Source of the DNA: Asterias rubens
Lineage: Eukaryota
Reading direction: 5' to 3'
DNA length: 64,000 nucleotides
NCBI RefSeq assembly: GCF_902459465.1
Contig: NC_047075.1
Location: 6,138,001 to 6,202,000, forward strand
Part shown: piece by piece, positions 25,156 to 38,933 of the stretch
Numbering within the stretch: the first letter of the stretch is position 1
How the letters are laid out: every line of letters starts with the position of its first letter
Position numbers and translations under genes: made by a program
Notes under the pieces: model-generated
Databases searched by the model: none
Told to the model about the DNA's origin: nothing
What the model saw: the letters and a program-made list of their open reading frames with translations, nothing else

Positions 25156-26641
25156 TCCAGAAATTTGATAGGGTTCTCAGGGACTGGGGGCAGTCCAGGG
25201 TGAGACAACTTTCTCTTTGGTAGCAGCCCCACACTATGTGCGACCCACGGATCCATTCGGAACCGTCTCGTCCGACATACAATCACAAACACACACCACA
25301 CACATCTCCACTCGGAGATGCTCAAGGCTACAAACACACCTACGCCGGATGCTCGGATCACTCAGAACCGTCCAATTCGACATCAATCACACACAAACAA
25401 CACACATCTCCAATCCAGCCATCGCTGCATGCCCATCTTGTCTACGTCAGGGGCACAGATCCCCTTGGAGACGAACCAGAGTTGGGATGACAGGAGACTA
25501 GACAGTCCCACCATCACCTCGGCACTGGAAGAGGAGCTAATGGAGTGGGGGAGGTTTGCGACCACTCGGAGCGCCCTCCAACCATTCCATCGAACACAAG
25601 GGAGATAAGCATAGGCCTACAGTGAGTAAAGGGACATTGTGACAGCTCGGAATGCCCCCCGTCTCCCTCCCTTATGAGGTAACCTCGGCGGAGGCAACCT
25701 CCATGGAACACCGACAACACCGGCCAGAGGCTGGAAGCGACGCACAAGAACCCGCAACGTCACCTCATCCGCCTGAACTGAGCCCCTTGAGGGATCTCTT
25801 CTTGTTGGGGGTTGGGCCAAACACAGAGGACCATCTCCCCTCGGAGTGGCCTCTGACACCACCTAACCCAGCAGCAGAGGGTAGCCACGACCAGGACCGT
25901 CCCGGTGGAGCAGAGGACACGGGAACTCCAAACACCTGGCCGGACGGGGAGTGAACCATCCTTTTAGGTGGATAACAGCACCCAGAAGGAGAGCACTGAC
26001 CGACCCGCCTCTGCCGCAAGTAACAGCACCCAGGTTGCGGCAACATTCATCAAGGACCCCTGCCAGTCCACCCGCCACTGTGATCTCTAAAAGGAGTTAC
26101 CCACAGTTTTGAGGAAAACAACTACTGCACAGGACTTAGGTGCAGCGGGACCATCAGGACAGTTTCCCCCTATTTTGTTCTCACTGGCTTCACTTGCAGG
26201 CGATGGTGCTCGCTGCCTGCTTCTGGGACATGCAAGGGCCTAGGAGTGGCAGTGTAGAGGCGGTGCCGATCAACCAGTAGGGGGTGCCAGCACCACTCCC
26301 GTCAAGTGATGCTGGCGGCCTCTGTAGGCCAATCGGTAAATCTGCTCACCAGTAAGGTTCTTTATCTTCTCGTGTATTCAGTATGACTTGTTGAATGTAA
26401 ACAAAGCTCCGGAACGAGGACAGAAAAGCCAGTTAATTGAACCTTCGTGTGTGTTCAATGCAACCCACGGTCAACGCTGTCAGGAGTTCACATACTGGTA
26501 GACAACCAATATAGCAAGAAAACAGAGAAAACAGAGAGGTTTTAAGGAGAGCAATAGCGAAATCTGCCACATTGCGCTGCACCGTACATCTAGGCTTGAG
26601 ACCGAAACTGGTATGTGATCTTACATTCAATATCTGGGATG

Positions 26642-27432
26642 GGGTTTTCTTGGTAGGTATCTATAAGTGTATTAGTTGGTGTCTGTAAGTTAGAGTTGGT
26701 GCCTGTAAGAGTTGGTTAGAGTAGTCAGTTGTCTGTAAGTGTTGGACATGAGTGTAGGTATGTTATAGGGTTATGTTAAGGGTTAAGGTGATAGAACTCC
26801 CGGGTAGTCCTAGGGTTAGTGTTAAGATGAGGGTTATATAGAGTTGTGTTAGGGACAGCACCTACAAGAAAGCCCATCCCGGATATTAAATGCAAGATCA
26901 CATAGCAGCTCCGGTCTCTCCATTTGTTTCAAGCTAATTAAGCGTCATTTTAAAAGCCCTCTGCAATCTCAAGCTCTCTGAATCCTACTGCCCTTGTTTC
27001 CTCAGTCAACCCAAGATACACAATCTTGATGACTCCCTCAATAACAAAGTGGGTCGAGTGGTTTACCAGCCTACAACACGGCCAGACATCTCACCAAGAT
27101 TCTCCACACCAACTAGTTTGGCCTAACACAGAATTTCAGTTTTCTTCACCATAAAACGAGTTCCTACGAAAAAAGCATGCCTCAATGCAAAACAATGCCA
27201 AGCCGATTCCACCATGACATAGACCCAATGGCCATGAGCCTCATTCCTCAACAAATCCTTGATCTTCTTATCGCCCAAGTATTGCTTCATCAAGCTTCCA
27301 ACAAATGGACCTGTTCTATGAGCAAACTGCTGGGCCCCTACCACGGGATCTCCTCTATCCATGGTTCTGGCGAAATTCAATGACGAAATTGCTCATATAT
27401 GGAAGAGTTCGAACTGGACACACCCAGAATGC
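26642..27432 (+). mobile_element. Penelope-like remnant B (unit 2)
   Basis: Copy of 17000-17790. Confidence 0.7.
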
Positions 27433-27623
27433 TGATCTTCGCCCCAACCTCTGCTCTGCTACATTATGGGCCCCATGCCAAGACAACAGTTCTTCCAACA
27501 CCTGCACCCACTCACCACAGCACTGATGACACACTCCAGCCTACACACATCCAGCCAGCAGGCAACTCCCATTAGAAACTTGAAACTGAACATTCTTCAG
27601 CTACATCATAGTGCTGTCACTAT

Positions 27624-28062
27624 TCATCATCATCATTTAGGCTGTGTAGGATGTCCCTCCAAATGTAAAAGCCATTCATTTCAATTTCTTGCAGTTTTTG
27701 TCCATGTTGTTCGTGCATAAACCCTGATGTCATCTCTCCATTCTCTTCTCTTTTCCTTATCCTTGGTTGCCAATCCGATATTCTTGTTGTCCATCTGTTG
27801 TCATTTCTTCAGGCAGTGTGTCCAGCCCATTTCCATTTAGCTTGTTTTATTGTCCTTATATAACATTCTCTTCCTCCAATTTTCTTTGGTGTTTCTGTGC
27901 ATTTAATCCTGTCTCTATTTGAGATGCACAATTGTCTCTTCATTGCTCTGTGTGCTTTCTGTGCTTTGCAGAGTTTATGTTCGATCAGTTCTGTCTCTGC
28001 TCCATAAGTTATTGTTCGTAGCACACACTGATCAAGTTATTTTTCTCCTAAGTGCTATACTT
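27624..28062 (-). mobile_element. RTE LINE 3' fragment (unit 2)
   Basis: Copy of 17982-18420. Confidence 0.85.
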
Positions 28063-29749
28063 GTAATTCTGTTCTCATCACCAAGTGTACCTCTGTTTTG
28101 TCCAAATGAGCTCCATCCTGCCTTAATCCTGGTTGATACTTTATCTTTTATTTTTTACTGTTTGGCCCAAACACATTGAATAACAAATTTAAACATGTTT
28201 TAAAACGAATGTTTTATATAAAAATACAATCTATACATCAAATGATAGACTTTGAATACTCTAAGAAGTGCTACACAGAGTTTGACCCCATGTGACCTTT
28301 ACTTCCAATTAAAAGCGGACTTTAATGTCAACGTTGGTTTTAACATATGTTATCTGTAACAAGAAAAGCGTTGCCGCTGGCTGTTGCGCTCCACAGATTC
28401 AAAGAAAGATAGATAGATAGAAAGAATGATTATAGACAGATAAAAGGTTTATTCACAATCACAGCACATGGCTGAATTGTAAATATAGTAGGCCTACATC
28501 GAGATATAAAAATCACTAGCAAAAAGAGAAAAATGTATGTATGTCTATTTTATTTGAAAGCAGATTATTCATGTGCATTAGGCCTACACTAAAAGAATCA
28601 GACATAATAATTTACTTTATTAATCCTAACAACCAATTACATAACTTGTTTTTAGTGACGGCTGAAGTGAATTTTTTCGGTGATGTCTGTTCCCTCTCAT
28701 AAGAAATGCAATGTCTAGAGGGCTTTTCATGTGATGAGCGGTTTAAGGGCCACTGAGGACATGTCATGTTGTTTTAGGCTTCTCCATTTGTTCCCAAGAT
28801 TTTACCTGTTTGGTATTTGTCAATGTCCAGAAAAAATTGACTCAATTGGTCATCGAAGTGGAAAGAAAATAATAAAAGAATAAACACCATTGTTGCACTT
28901 ATGTGTGCTTTCAGATGCAAGAAAAGGGCTTCAGGCTTGAAGTCTTTCCTGCTCTCCCATGACTAGTATATCCAACGGGTACAAATATAGTGGTTTTGCA
29001 TAAATTGCAGATGTTTAAGACTGCTATGAGGGAAAGAGCACAAAATTGGTTACATGAAGTTCAGAAAAAGTCATTATGAGAGTGAACAGACATACCCAAA
29101 ACTCAGGCCTGATTCTTCATGGAGGCAACGAAGGTGATTGCCTCCATGCCCCCTGGTCATGATCATTGCCTACAAACTACATGTTGGTCAAAGGAGTGTC
29201 TTAAATGTGAATAATTCAAACTTTTTTGAAAATTAAGTCTCGAAAGTTGATATCGCTTTTACTGAATATTTTAAAAAGGTGATAAAACAAAATGGAGGAG
29301 CTCAACTTTGCTGGACCTCCAAAAATCATCTGCAAAATATTTCTATACAAAAATCTTCTTGTTAAAGACTTTTTAAGGAGAGTTGCAGATGCCAACACAA
29401 GACTAGGGCGAAAATGACTTCAATTTATAAACACTCCTATAAAAATACCCACTTAATAATTTAACAAAAACTAAACAAAATTACAGACAGCTTAAAATAA
29501 AACTGCCTTCAACTACTTTAATCCACTACGCAAACTCATTGTTGTCCCAAACCATGTAAACCAACATAAACAGACAATAAATTAAAATTACAGCAAAAAT
29601 TAAACAGTAAAACAACATTACATCAATCAAGCCAAAAAAGAACTATATCGTGCCATGCGTATAATATCCCGGAACCCTCAATAAAACATGTGATTTGGAA
29701 ATTGTGTAGACCTTGCCATAATCATCAACTTTTCCTGCTAGAGGAAGAG

Positions 29750-31070
29750 ATAGACATTTCTGTGGTTGACAGAGGAAACCATAGAATAAAGACATTTCTT
29801 TATTTGATAGAGGAAGCCAAAGAGTGAAGATATTTATGTGGTTGGCAGATCAACCAACGAGCGAGACATTTTTCTGGTTGACGGCTCAACCAAAGAGCGA
29901 AACATTTCTCTGGTTGACGGCTCAACCAAAGAGCGAGACATTTCTCTGGTTTACGGCCCAACCAAAGAACGAGACAGTTATGTGGTTTACGGCTCAACCA
30001 ACGAGCAAGACATTTCTGTGGTTGACGGCAACAACCAAAGAGCGAAACATTTCTGTGGTTGACGGCTCAACCAAAGAGCGAGACATTTCTCTGGTTGACG
30101 GCCCAACCAAAGAACGAAACATTTTTCTGGTTGACGGCTCAACCAAAGAGCGAGACATTTCTCTGGTTGATGGCTCAACCAAAAAGCGAGACATTTCTCT
30201 GGTTGACGGCTCAACCAAAGAGCGAAACATTTCTCTGGTTTACGGCCCAACCAAAGAACGAGACAGTTATGTGGTTTACGGCTCAACCAACGAGCGAAAC
30301 ATTTCTGTGGTTGACGGCTCAACCAAAGAGCGAGACATTTCTCTGGTTGATGGCTCAACCAAAAAGCGACACATTTCTCTGGTTGACTGTTCAACCATAG
30401 AGCGAAACATTTCTGTGGTTGACGGCTCAACCATAGAGCGAAACATTTCTGTGGTTGACGGCTCAACCAAAGAGCGAGACATTTCTTTGGTTGCAGCTCA
30501 ACCAAAGACCACGACACTTCTGTGGTTGACTTCTGTGGTTGACAGCTCAACCAACGAGCAAGACATTTATGTGGTTGACGGCTCAACCAACAAGCGAGTT
30601 ATTTTTCTGGTTGACGGCACAACCATACAGAGCAAGACATTTCTGTGGTTGGCAGCGCAACCAAAGAGCGAGTCATTTCTGTGGTTGACGGCTCAACCAA
30701 CGAGCAAGACATTTCTCTGGTTGACGGTTCAACCAAAGAGCGAAACATTTCTGTGGTTGACGGCTCAACCATAGAGCGAAACATTTCTGTGGTTGACGGC
30801 AACAACCAACGAGCGAGACATTTCTCTGGTTGACGGCTCAACCAAAGAGCCAGACATTTCTGTGGTTGACGGCTCAACCAAAGAGCGAGACATTTCTCTG
30901 GTTGACGGCTCAACCAAAGAGGAAGACATTTTACGAGACCTTTCTGTAGTTGGCAGTGCAACCAAAGAGCAAGACATTTCTCTGGTTGACGGCACTAGCA
31001 AAGAGTGAGACTTTTCTGTAATTGGCAGCGGTACCAAAGAGCGAGACTTTCCTGCGATTGACAGCACAAC
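29750..31070. repeat. 36-bp minisatellite array (unit 3)
   Basis: Same consensus; source of the 316-aa repetitive ORF at 29824. Confidence 0.9.
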
Positions 31071-31125
31071 CAAAGATATAGACATTGACTTTATGATGTT
31101 CACAAAGCGGCTTTATTTGGTGGCG

Positions 31126-31795
31126 TGGTGCTTTGTGAAGCCGCTTGAGACTGATGGAGAGACGGGAGCAGGTCTGGTGATCTTTTGTTGAATGGCCGTG
31201 ACCGGGACAACACTTCATCAGTTCCTACAACACCTGAGCAACTAGCATCCATTCATCAAATTGTCTCTATCCCTATACCTAACCCTAACCCTAATGCTAA
31301 ACCTTATCCTAACTAAGTCCATATCCAGATCCTGCAAACCCTCAAAAATGCAACTAAGGTTATGCCACTGTGGTTATGTCCACCTCTGACTATGACAACA
31401 AGGTAACTGAGATTCAATCAACAGACTCTACCAGACAACTACCAAGAAACCCAATCCAGGCTATCGAACACAAGATCACCGACCTGCTTCCATCTCTCCG
31501 TCAGCCTCAAGCTGCCTCACAAAGCATCACATCACAAACTTAAGCCGGTTTGTCAACATCTTTAAGGACATCCACTTTAATCAATCTGGCATTGTTGTAA
31601 GTTTTGATGTAGTCTCCCTCTTCACCAATATACCCTCATCACAAAGTAATGCCTCCAAGTTGATCTCACCATGACAGCACAAGCTACAAGTCCTCGATCT
31701 CCTCATCAACTGCCTATCTTCATCAAGCTTCCGATGGAGGAACCACTTATATGAGCAAATCGCTGAGGCTGCCATTGGATCTCCTCTATTCTTGG
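31126..31795 (+). mobile_element. Penelope-like remnant A (unit 3)
   Basis: Copy of 12136-12805. Confidence 0.8.
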
Positions 31796-32279
31796 AGAAA
31801 TAGAGAAGTAGAGAAAGAAACGAAAATTGTTGTTGCTTGGATTGTTTTAAAGGGTTAACAAAACAAGCACAGGACAGAGTGGCGCAGTATGGAAACCTAC
31901 TGAGGACAGACAGATATCATCAGAGTGTGATACAGGAGTTAAACAGAGGTTTTATGAAGAAGAGAAAAAACAAAGAGTGTTGTTTCTTGGATTGTTTTTA
32001 GAGTTGAAACAAGACAAGCACAGGACAGAGTGGCTCAGTAGAGAGAGCTACTGGGACAGACAGATATCATCAGAGTGTGATACAGGAATTAGACAGAGGT
32101 TTTATGAAATAGAGGAAGAAACAAAGAGTCTTAGAGTCATAAAGTCTTAGAGTGATGGAACCCTCTGATAGTCCGAGGGTTGCCAATGTTGTACAAAGAT
32201 GGGACAAGGCAAGGATTGGGCTGTCCCAAAGAGTGTGAAGGACTGTGTCCTATAACAACAAAGTCAAATAGGGTTTTGC

Positions 32280-32890
32280 TAGCCTTTTGTATGCCCTGAC
32301 ATCGAAATCAAGAGTGTTTGATTGGTAGAGTGAGTTATGCCAGAGTCAGTGTGCATTTGACAAACTCAAGAGTAGACTCACATGCATCCTTGATCTTGTC
32401 GTACCACATGTGGGAGCGAGACTCCATCCTAGATACGGATGCTAGTATAAATGGCACGAAGGCAGTTGAGTCAAGCAAACTCAAGAGTAGACCAACATCC
32501 CCCATCTTGTCATACCACATGCGGGAGAGAGACTTCATCCTAGATACGAATGCTAGGAAAGATGGCATAGAAGCAGTGTTGAGTCAAACAGTATATCAAT
32601 GGCCGAGGAGCAAAGTCAGAATTTACCACAACGCCATAAGATGTTTGCTCAAAGTAATTTCCGAGTATGGATGAGCACAGACTGACAGAGCTGATAAGAA
32701 GCATTGCAATGGTGATGGGTTGTCAAGACAACCCTGAAAGCAGTGTGGCCAGGAGCAACTGGTAGAAAGGGAAGAAAAAAACAAAATGTCTGCTGGGATA
32801 CTTAAGCGAAAGATGCAAAAGAGGAAAAGTTGATGGTTACAGGCGAAGCAGACCAACCACCCATGGAGGCTTTCAGAAAACACAAGTAGA
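32280..32890 (+). mobile_element. Ty3/Gypsy pol remnant (unit 3)
   Basis: Copy of 13290-13900. Confidence 0.75.
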
Positions 32891-33570
32891 GAATGAGACT
32901 AAGTAAGGTCTTATAAGTGCCATTCACAGGATTGATAAAACATATTAATATTAAACATTATAAAAACAGTTAAATTTAACAATAGATATTAGAACAACAG
33001 CTCATTCTGCATCACAGGTCCCACAATGCACTTTACAATTTAAAAAGGCTTCATTGTTTACAAAAATACTGGACAAATACATGTATAACATGTCGGCTGT
33101 TTATCAAGGAATTGAAAACACTAATTAAAATTGGCACCAAGAGTAAAAACCACAGTTACATATACACAAGAAACATATTGACAATTTAACAGATGTTTGT
33201 ATAATCTAAAAATCGTGCTGCCAACTGGCATTCTTTATTGGAACAGTTTGGATTAATAATATAGCCCAAGAGGGTTGAGGAACACGACAGAAAGAGTAAG
33301 TTGGAACACCAGAACAATACCCATACTGCAGTGCGGGGATACGCCTTTTCCGCCAGCAGGAGATCTGTGTGTATGTGTACTCCCACTTGCTCCTACTGAC
33401 AACAATTAAGTGTTGACCATTATCTTTTCTGGGGTCCAGGCGCTTTTAACTCTACCTACACTAAATAAAAGCTAAAACTAAACTGGAAAAGGTGTTCCTT
33501 GAAAAGAGAGAATGGGAAGTAGAAGAGGAAGTGGAAAAGGAGCGCAGCGAACCTGTTCAAAAATTCTTAC

Positions 33571-33692
33571 ATGGCACTTTGTGTGTGAGTCCATTAGGGA
33601 CTTGTATGCATTATAGTTCTCTTGCGCTGTTTTTAACGTTGTGGCGTCATTGATGATATCATCCTCCCCAAAGAAATACTGGGCCATGCATA
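33571..33692 (-). CDS. Triplicated exon, 122-nt in-frame copy (xCMAQYFFGEDDIINDATTLKTAQENYNAYKSLMDSHTKCH)
   Basis: Open frame, AG and GTAAG boundaries; phase-0 end matches the phase-0 start of exon 9411-9261. Confidence 0.5.
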
Positions 33693-34081
33693 CTGTCAGA
33701 TGAATTTAGTTTCATGTGTAAACTTATTTAGGTTGCTGTGATATTAACCCTTGAATTAAGAGATTTGAACTTCCGGTTTTAAACAGAAGAAAAGGTCACA
33801 TGGGGTCATACTTCGAACAAGATTTCTAATATATATACATCAAGTGCTTTGATATGCAAAATACCTTGTATGCTAATTAGTAGTAGATATTGTTCTACAG
33901 ATAATTTTTTTAAACAATTTTTTTTAATTTAACGTTGTGACATCATCAATTACTTTGTTATGCAATTAGAAGTATGCTAATTAGCAGTATATATTGTTCT
34001 ACAGATAATTACTTGAAACAGTGTTTAGTAGACAGTGTTTTACATAAAATATTTGTATATTTTTGAAAACTAAGAAAACTT

Positions 34082-34217
34082 GAGGAAACAGAGGACATGG
34101 GGGAAGTTTTATCCCGAAATATTTAATGGCGGTCTCCATAACTGTTCATCACTTGTTCATCGGTGTTGAAGATATATTGTCCATGGAGGGAACAGAGGAC
34201 AAGGGGGAAACTTTATC
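34082..34217. repeat. 104-bp VNTR, single copy + 32 bp (unit 3)
   Basis: 136 = 104+32. Confidence 0.9.
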
Positions 34218-35703
34218 TCCAGAAATTTGATAGGGTTCTCAGGGACTGGGGGCAGTCCAGGGTGAGACAACTTTCTCTTTGGTAGCAGCCCCACACTATG
34301 TCTGACCCACGGATCCATTCGGAACCGTCTCGTCCGACATACAATCACAAACACACACCACACACATCTCCACTCGGAGATGCTCAAGGCTACAAACACA
34401 CCTACGCCGGATGCTCGGATCACTCAGAACCGTCCAATTCGACATCAATCACACACACACAACACACATCTCCAATCCAGCCATCGCTGCATGCCCATCT
34501 TGTCTACGTCAGGGGCACAGATCCCCTTGGAGACGAACCAGAGTTGGGATGACAGGAGACTAGACAGTCCGACCATCACCTCGGCACTGGAAGAGGAGCT
34601 AATGGAGTGGGGGAGGTTTGCGACCACTCGGAGCGCCCTCCAACCATTCCATCGAACACAAGGGAGATAAGCATAGGCCTACAGTGAGTAAAGGGACATT
34701 GTGACAGCTCGGAATGCCCCCCGTCTCCCTCCCTTATGAGGTAACCTCGGCGGAGGCAACCTCCATGGAACACCGACAACACCGGCCAGAGGCTGGAAGC
34801 GACGCACAAGAACCTGCAACGTCACCTCATCCGCCTGAACTGAGCCCCTTGAGGGATCTCTTCTTGTTGGGGGTTGGGCCAAACACAGAGGACCATCTCC
34901 CCTCGGAGTGGCCTCTGACACCACCTAACCCAGCGGCAGAGGGTAGCCACGACCAGGACCGTCCCGGTGGAGCAGAGGACACGGGAACTCCAAACACCTG
35001 GCCGGACGGGGAGTGAACCATCCTTTTAGGTGGATAACAGCACCCAGAAGGAGAGCACTGACCGACCTGCCTCTGCCGCAAGTAACAGCACCCAGGTTGC
35101 GGCAACATTCATCGAGGACCCCTGCCAGTCCACCCGCCACTGTGATCTCTAAAAGGAGTTACCCACAGTTTTGAGGAAAACAACTACTGCACAGGACTTA
35201 GGTGCAGCGGGACCATCAGGACAGTTTCCCCCTATTTTGTTCTCACTGGCTTCACTTGCAGGCGATGGTGCTCGCTGCCTGCTTCTGGGACATGCAAGGG
35301 CCTAGGAGTGGCAGTGTAGAGGCGGTGCCGATCAACCAGTAGGGGGTGCCAGCACCACTCCCGTCAAGTGATGCTGGCGGCCTCTGTAGGCCAATCGGTA
35401 AATCTGCTCACCAGTAAGGTTCTTTATCTTCTCGTGTATTCAGTATGACTTGTTGAATGTAAACAAAGCTCCGGAACGAGGACAGAAAAGCCAGTTAATT
35501 GAACCTTCGTGTGTGTTCAATGCAACCCACGGTCAACGCTGTCAGGAGTTCACATACTGGTAGACAACCAATATAGCAAGAAAACAGAGAAAACAGAGAC
35601 GTTTTAAGGAGAGCAATAGCGAAATCTGCCACATTGCGCTGCACCGTACATCTAGGCTTGAGACCGAAACTGGTATGTGATCTTACATTCAATATCTGGG
35701 ATG

Positions 35704-36474
35704 GGGTTTTCTTGGTAGGTATCTATAAGTGTATTAGTTGGTGCCTGTAAGAGTTGGTTAGAGTAGTCAGTTGTCTGTAAGTATTGGACATGAGTGTAGG
35801 TATGTTATAGGGTTATGTTAAGGGTTAAGGTGATAGAACTCCCGGGTAGTCCTAGGGTTAGTGTTAAGATGAGGGTTATATAGAGTTGTGTTAGGGACAG
35901 CACCTACAAGAAAGCCCATCCCAGATATTAAATGCAAGATCACATAGCAGCTCCGGTCTCTCCATTTGTTTCAAGCTAATTAAGCGTCATTTTAAAAGCC
36001 CTCTGCAATCTCAAGCTCTCTGAATCCTACTGCCCTTGTTTCCTCAGTCAACCCAAGATACACAATCTTGATGACTCCCTCAATAACAAAGTGGGTCGAG
36101 TGGTTTACCAGCCTACAACACGGCCAGACATCTCACCAAGATTCTCCACACCAACTAGTTTGGCCTAACACAGAATTTCAGTTTTCTTCACCATAAAACG
36201 AGTTCCTACGAAAAAAGCATGCCTCAATGCAAAACAATGCCAAGCCGATTCCACCATGACATAGACCCAATGGCCATGAGCCTCATTCCTCAACAAATCC
36301 TTGATCTTCTTATCGCCCAAGTATTGCTTCATCAAGCTTCCAACAAATGGACCTGTTCTATGAGCAAACTGCTGGGCCCCTACCACGGGATCTCCTCTAT
36401 CCATGGTTCTGGTGAAATTCAATGACGAAATTGCTCATATATGGAAGAGTTCGAACTGGACACACCCAGAATGC
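35704..36474 (+). mobile_element. Penelope-like remnant B (unit 3, 20-bp deletion in linker)
   Basis: Copy of 17000-17790. Confidence 0.7.
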
Positions 36475-36665
36475 TGATCTTCGCCCCAACCTCTGCTCTG
36501 CTACATTATGGGCCCCATGCCAAGACAACAGTTCTTCCAACACCTGCATCCACTCACCACAGCACTGATGACACACTCCAGCCTACACACATCCAGCCAG
36601 CAGGCAACTCCCATTAGAAACTTGAAACTGAACATTCTTCAGCTACATCATAGTGCTGTCACTAT

Positions 36666-37104
36666 TCATCATCATCATTTAGGCTGTGTAGGATGTCCCT
36701 CCAAATGTAAAAGCCATTCATTTCAATTTCTTGCAGTTTTTGTCCATGTTGTTCGTGCATAAACCCTGATGTCATCTCTCCATTCTCTTCTCTTTTCCTT
36801 ATCCTTGGTTGCCAATCCGATATTCTTGTTGTCCATCTGTTGTCATTTCTTCAGGCAGTGTGTCCAGCCCATTTCCATTTAGCTTGTTTTATTGTCCTTA
36901 TATAACATTCTCTTCCTCCAATTTTCTTTGGTGTTTCTGTGCATTTAATCCTGTCTCTATTTGAGATGCACAATTGTCTCTTCATTGCTCTGTGTGCTTT
37001 CTGTGCTTTGCAGAGTTTATGTTCGATCAGTTCTGTCTCTGCTCCATAAGTTATTGTTCGTAGCACACACTGATCAAGTTATTTTTCTCCTAAGTGCTAT
37101 ACTT
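36666..37104 (-). mobile_element. RTE LINE 3' fragment (unit 3)
   Basis: Copy of 17982-18420. Confidence 0.85.
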
Positions 37105-38544
37105 GTAATTCTGTTCTTATCACCAAGTGTACCTCTGTTTTGTCCAAATGAGCTCCATCCTGCCTTAATCCTGGTTGATACTTTATCTTTTATTTTTTAC
37201 TGTTTGGCCCAAACACATTGAATAACAAATTTAAACATGTTTTAAAACGAATGTTTTATATAAAAATACAATCTATACATCAAATGATGGACTTTGAATA
37301 CTCTAAGAAGTGCTACACAGAGTTTGACCCCATGTGACCTTTACTTCCAGTTAAAAGCGGACTTTAATGTCAACGTTGGTTTTAACATATGTTATCTGTA
37401 ACAAGAAAAGCGTTGCCGCTGGCTGTTGCGCTCCACAGATTCAAAGAAAGATAGATAGATAGAAAGAATGATTATAGACAGATAAAAGGTTTATTCACAA
37501 TCACAGCACATGGCTGAATTGTAAATATAGTAGGCCTACATCGAGATATAAAAATCACTAGCAAAAAGAGAAAAATGTATATATGTCTATTTTATTTGAA
37601 AGCAGATTATTCGTGTGCATTAGGCCTACACTAAAAGAATCAGACATAATAATTTACTTTATTAATCCTAACAACCAATTACATAACTTGTTTTTAGTGA
37701 CGGCTGAAGTGAATTTTTTCGGTGATGTCTGTTCCCTCTCATAAGAAATGCAATGTCTAGAGGGCTTTTCATGTGATGAGCGGTTTAAGGGCCACTGAGG
37801 ACATGTCATGTTGTTTTAGGCTTCTCCATTTGTTCCCAAGATTTTCCTGTTTGGTATTTGTCAACGTCCAGAAAAAATTGACTCAATTGGTCATCGAAGT
37901 GGCAAGAAAATAATAAAAGAATAAACACCATTGTTGCACTTATGTGTGCTTTCAGATGCAAGAAAAGGGCTTCAGGCTTGAAGTCTTTCCTGCTCTCCCA
38001 TGACTAGTATATCCAAAGGGTACAAATATAGTGGTTTTGCATAAATTGCAGATGTTTAAGACTGCTATGAGGGAAAGAGCACAAAATTGGTTACATGAAG
38101 TTCAGAAAAAGTCATTATGAGAGTGAACAGACATACCCAAAACTCAGGCCTGATTCTTCATGGAGGCAACGAAGGTGATTGCCTCCATGCCCCCTGGTCA
38201 TGATCATTGCCTACAAACTACATGTTGGTCAAAGGAGTGTCTTAAATGTAAATAATTCAAACTTTTTTGAAAATTAAGTCTCGAAAGTTGATATCGCTTT
38301 TACTGAATATTTTAAAAAGGTGATAAAACAAAATGGAGGAGCTCAACTTTGCTGGACCTCCAAAAATCATCTGCAAAATATTTCTATACAAAAATCTTCT
38401 TGTTAAAGACTTTTTAAGGAGAGCTGCAGATGCCAACACAAGACTAGGGCGAAAATGACTTCAATTTAGAAACACTCCAATAAAAATACCCACTTAATAA
38501 TTTGGACAATGACCAATTCACCACGATACAATAAAAATTATGTG

Positions 38545-38933
38545 TTAAAGGCAGTGGACACTATTGGTAATTACTCAAAATAACTATTAGCATAAAACCT
38601 TACTTGGTGACGAGTATGGGGAGCTGTTGATGGTATAAAACATTGTGAGAGAACGGCTCCCTTTAAAGTAACGTAGTTTTTGAGAAAGAAGTAAATTTCC
38701 ACGAATTTGATCTCGAGACCTCAAGTTTAGAATTTGAGGTCTCGAAATCAAGCATCTGAAAGCACACAGCTTCGTGTGACAAGGGTGGTTTTTTTGCTTT
38801 CATAGTTATCTTGCAACTCCGACGACCAATTGAGCTCAAGTCTTCATAGGTTTGTTATTTTATGCATATGTTAAGATACACCGAGTGAAAAGACTGGTCT
38901 TTGACATTTTCCAATAGTGTCCAGTGTCTTCAA
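38545..38933. mobile_element. TTAA-type (Kolobok-like) MITE, near full length
   Basis: TTAAAGGCAGTGGACACTATTGG ... CCAATAGTGTCCAGTGTCTTCAA; internal hairpin TCGAGACCTCAA/TTGAGGTCTCGA. Confidence 0.8.

Larger units (their letters stand above)
19821..29462 (+). repeat. Segmental tandem triplication, unit 2 (9642 bp)
   Basis: Same start and end sequences as unit 1; longer because of minisatellite and VNTR expansion. Confidence 0.95.
29463..38503 (+). repeat. Segmental tandem triplication, unit 3 (9041 bp)
   Basis: Same start; ends CCCACTTAATAATTT at 38503, followed by unique sequence. Confidence 0.95.

Noticed and set aside
29824-30774. 316-aa ORF (and similar ORFs in units 1 and 2) as a protein-coding gene
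   Set aside because: Arises from a stop-poor 36-bp minisatellite; the translation switches between repeat frames and differs among units
10763-38503. Helitron or LTR-retrotransposon tandem array as the origin of the triplication
   Set aside because: Unit ends lack TC..CTRR or TG..CA and a terminal hairpin; the content is a mosaic of unrelated relics and host exon
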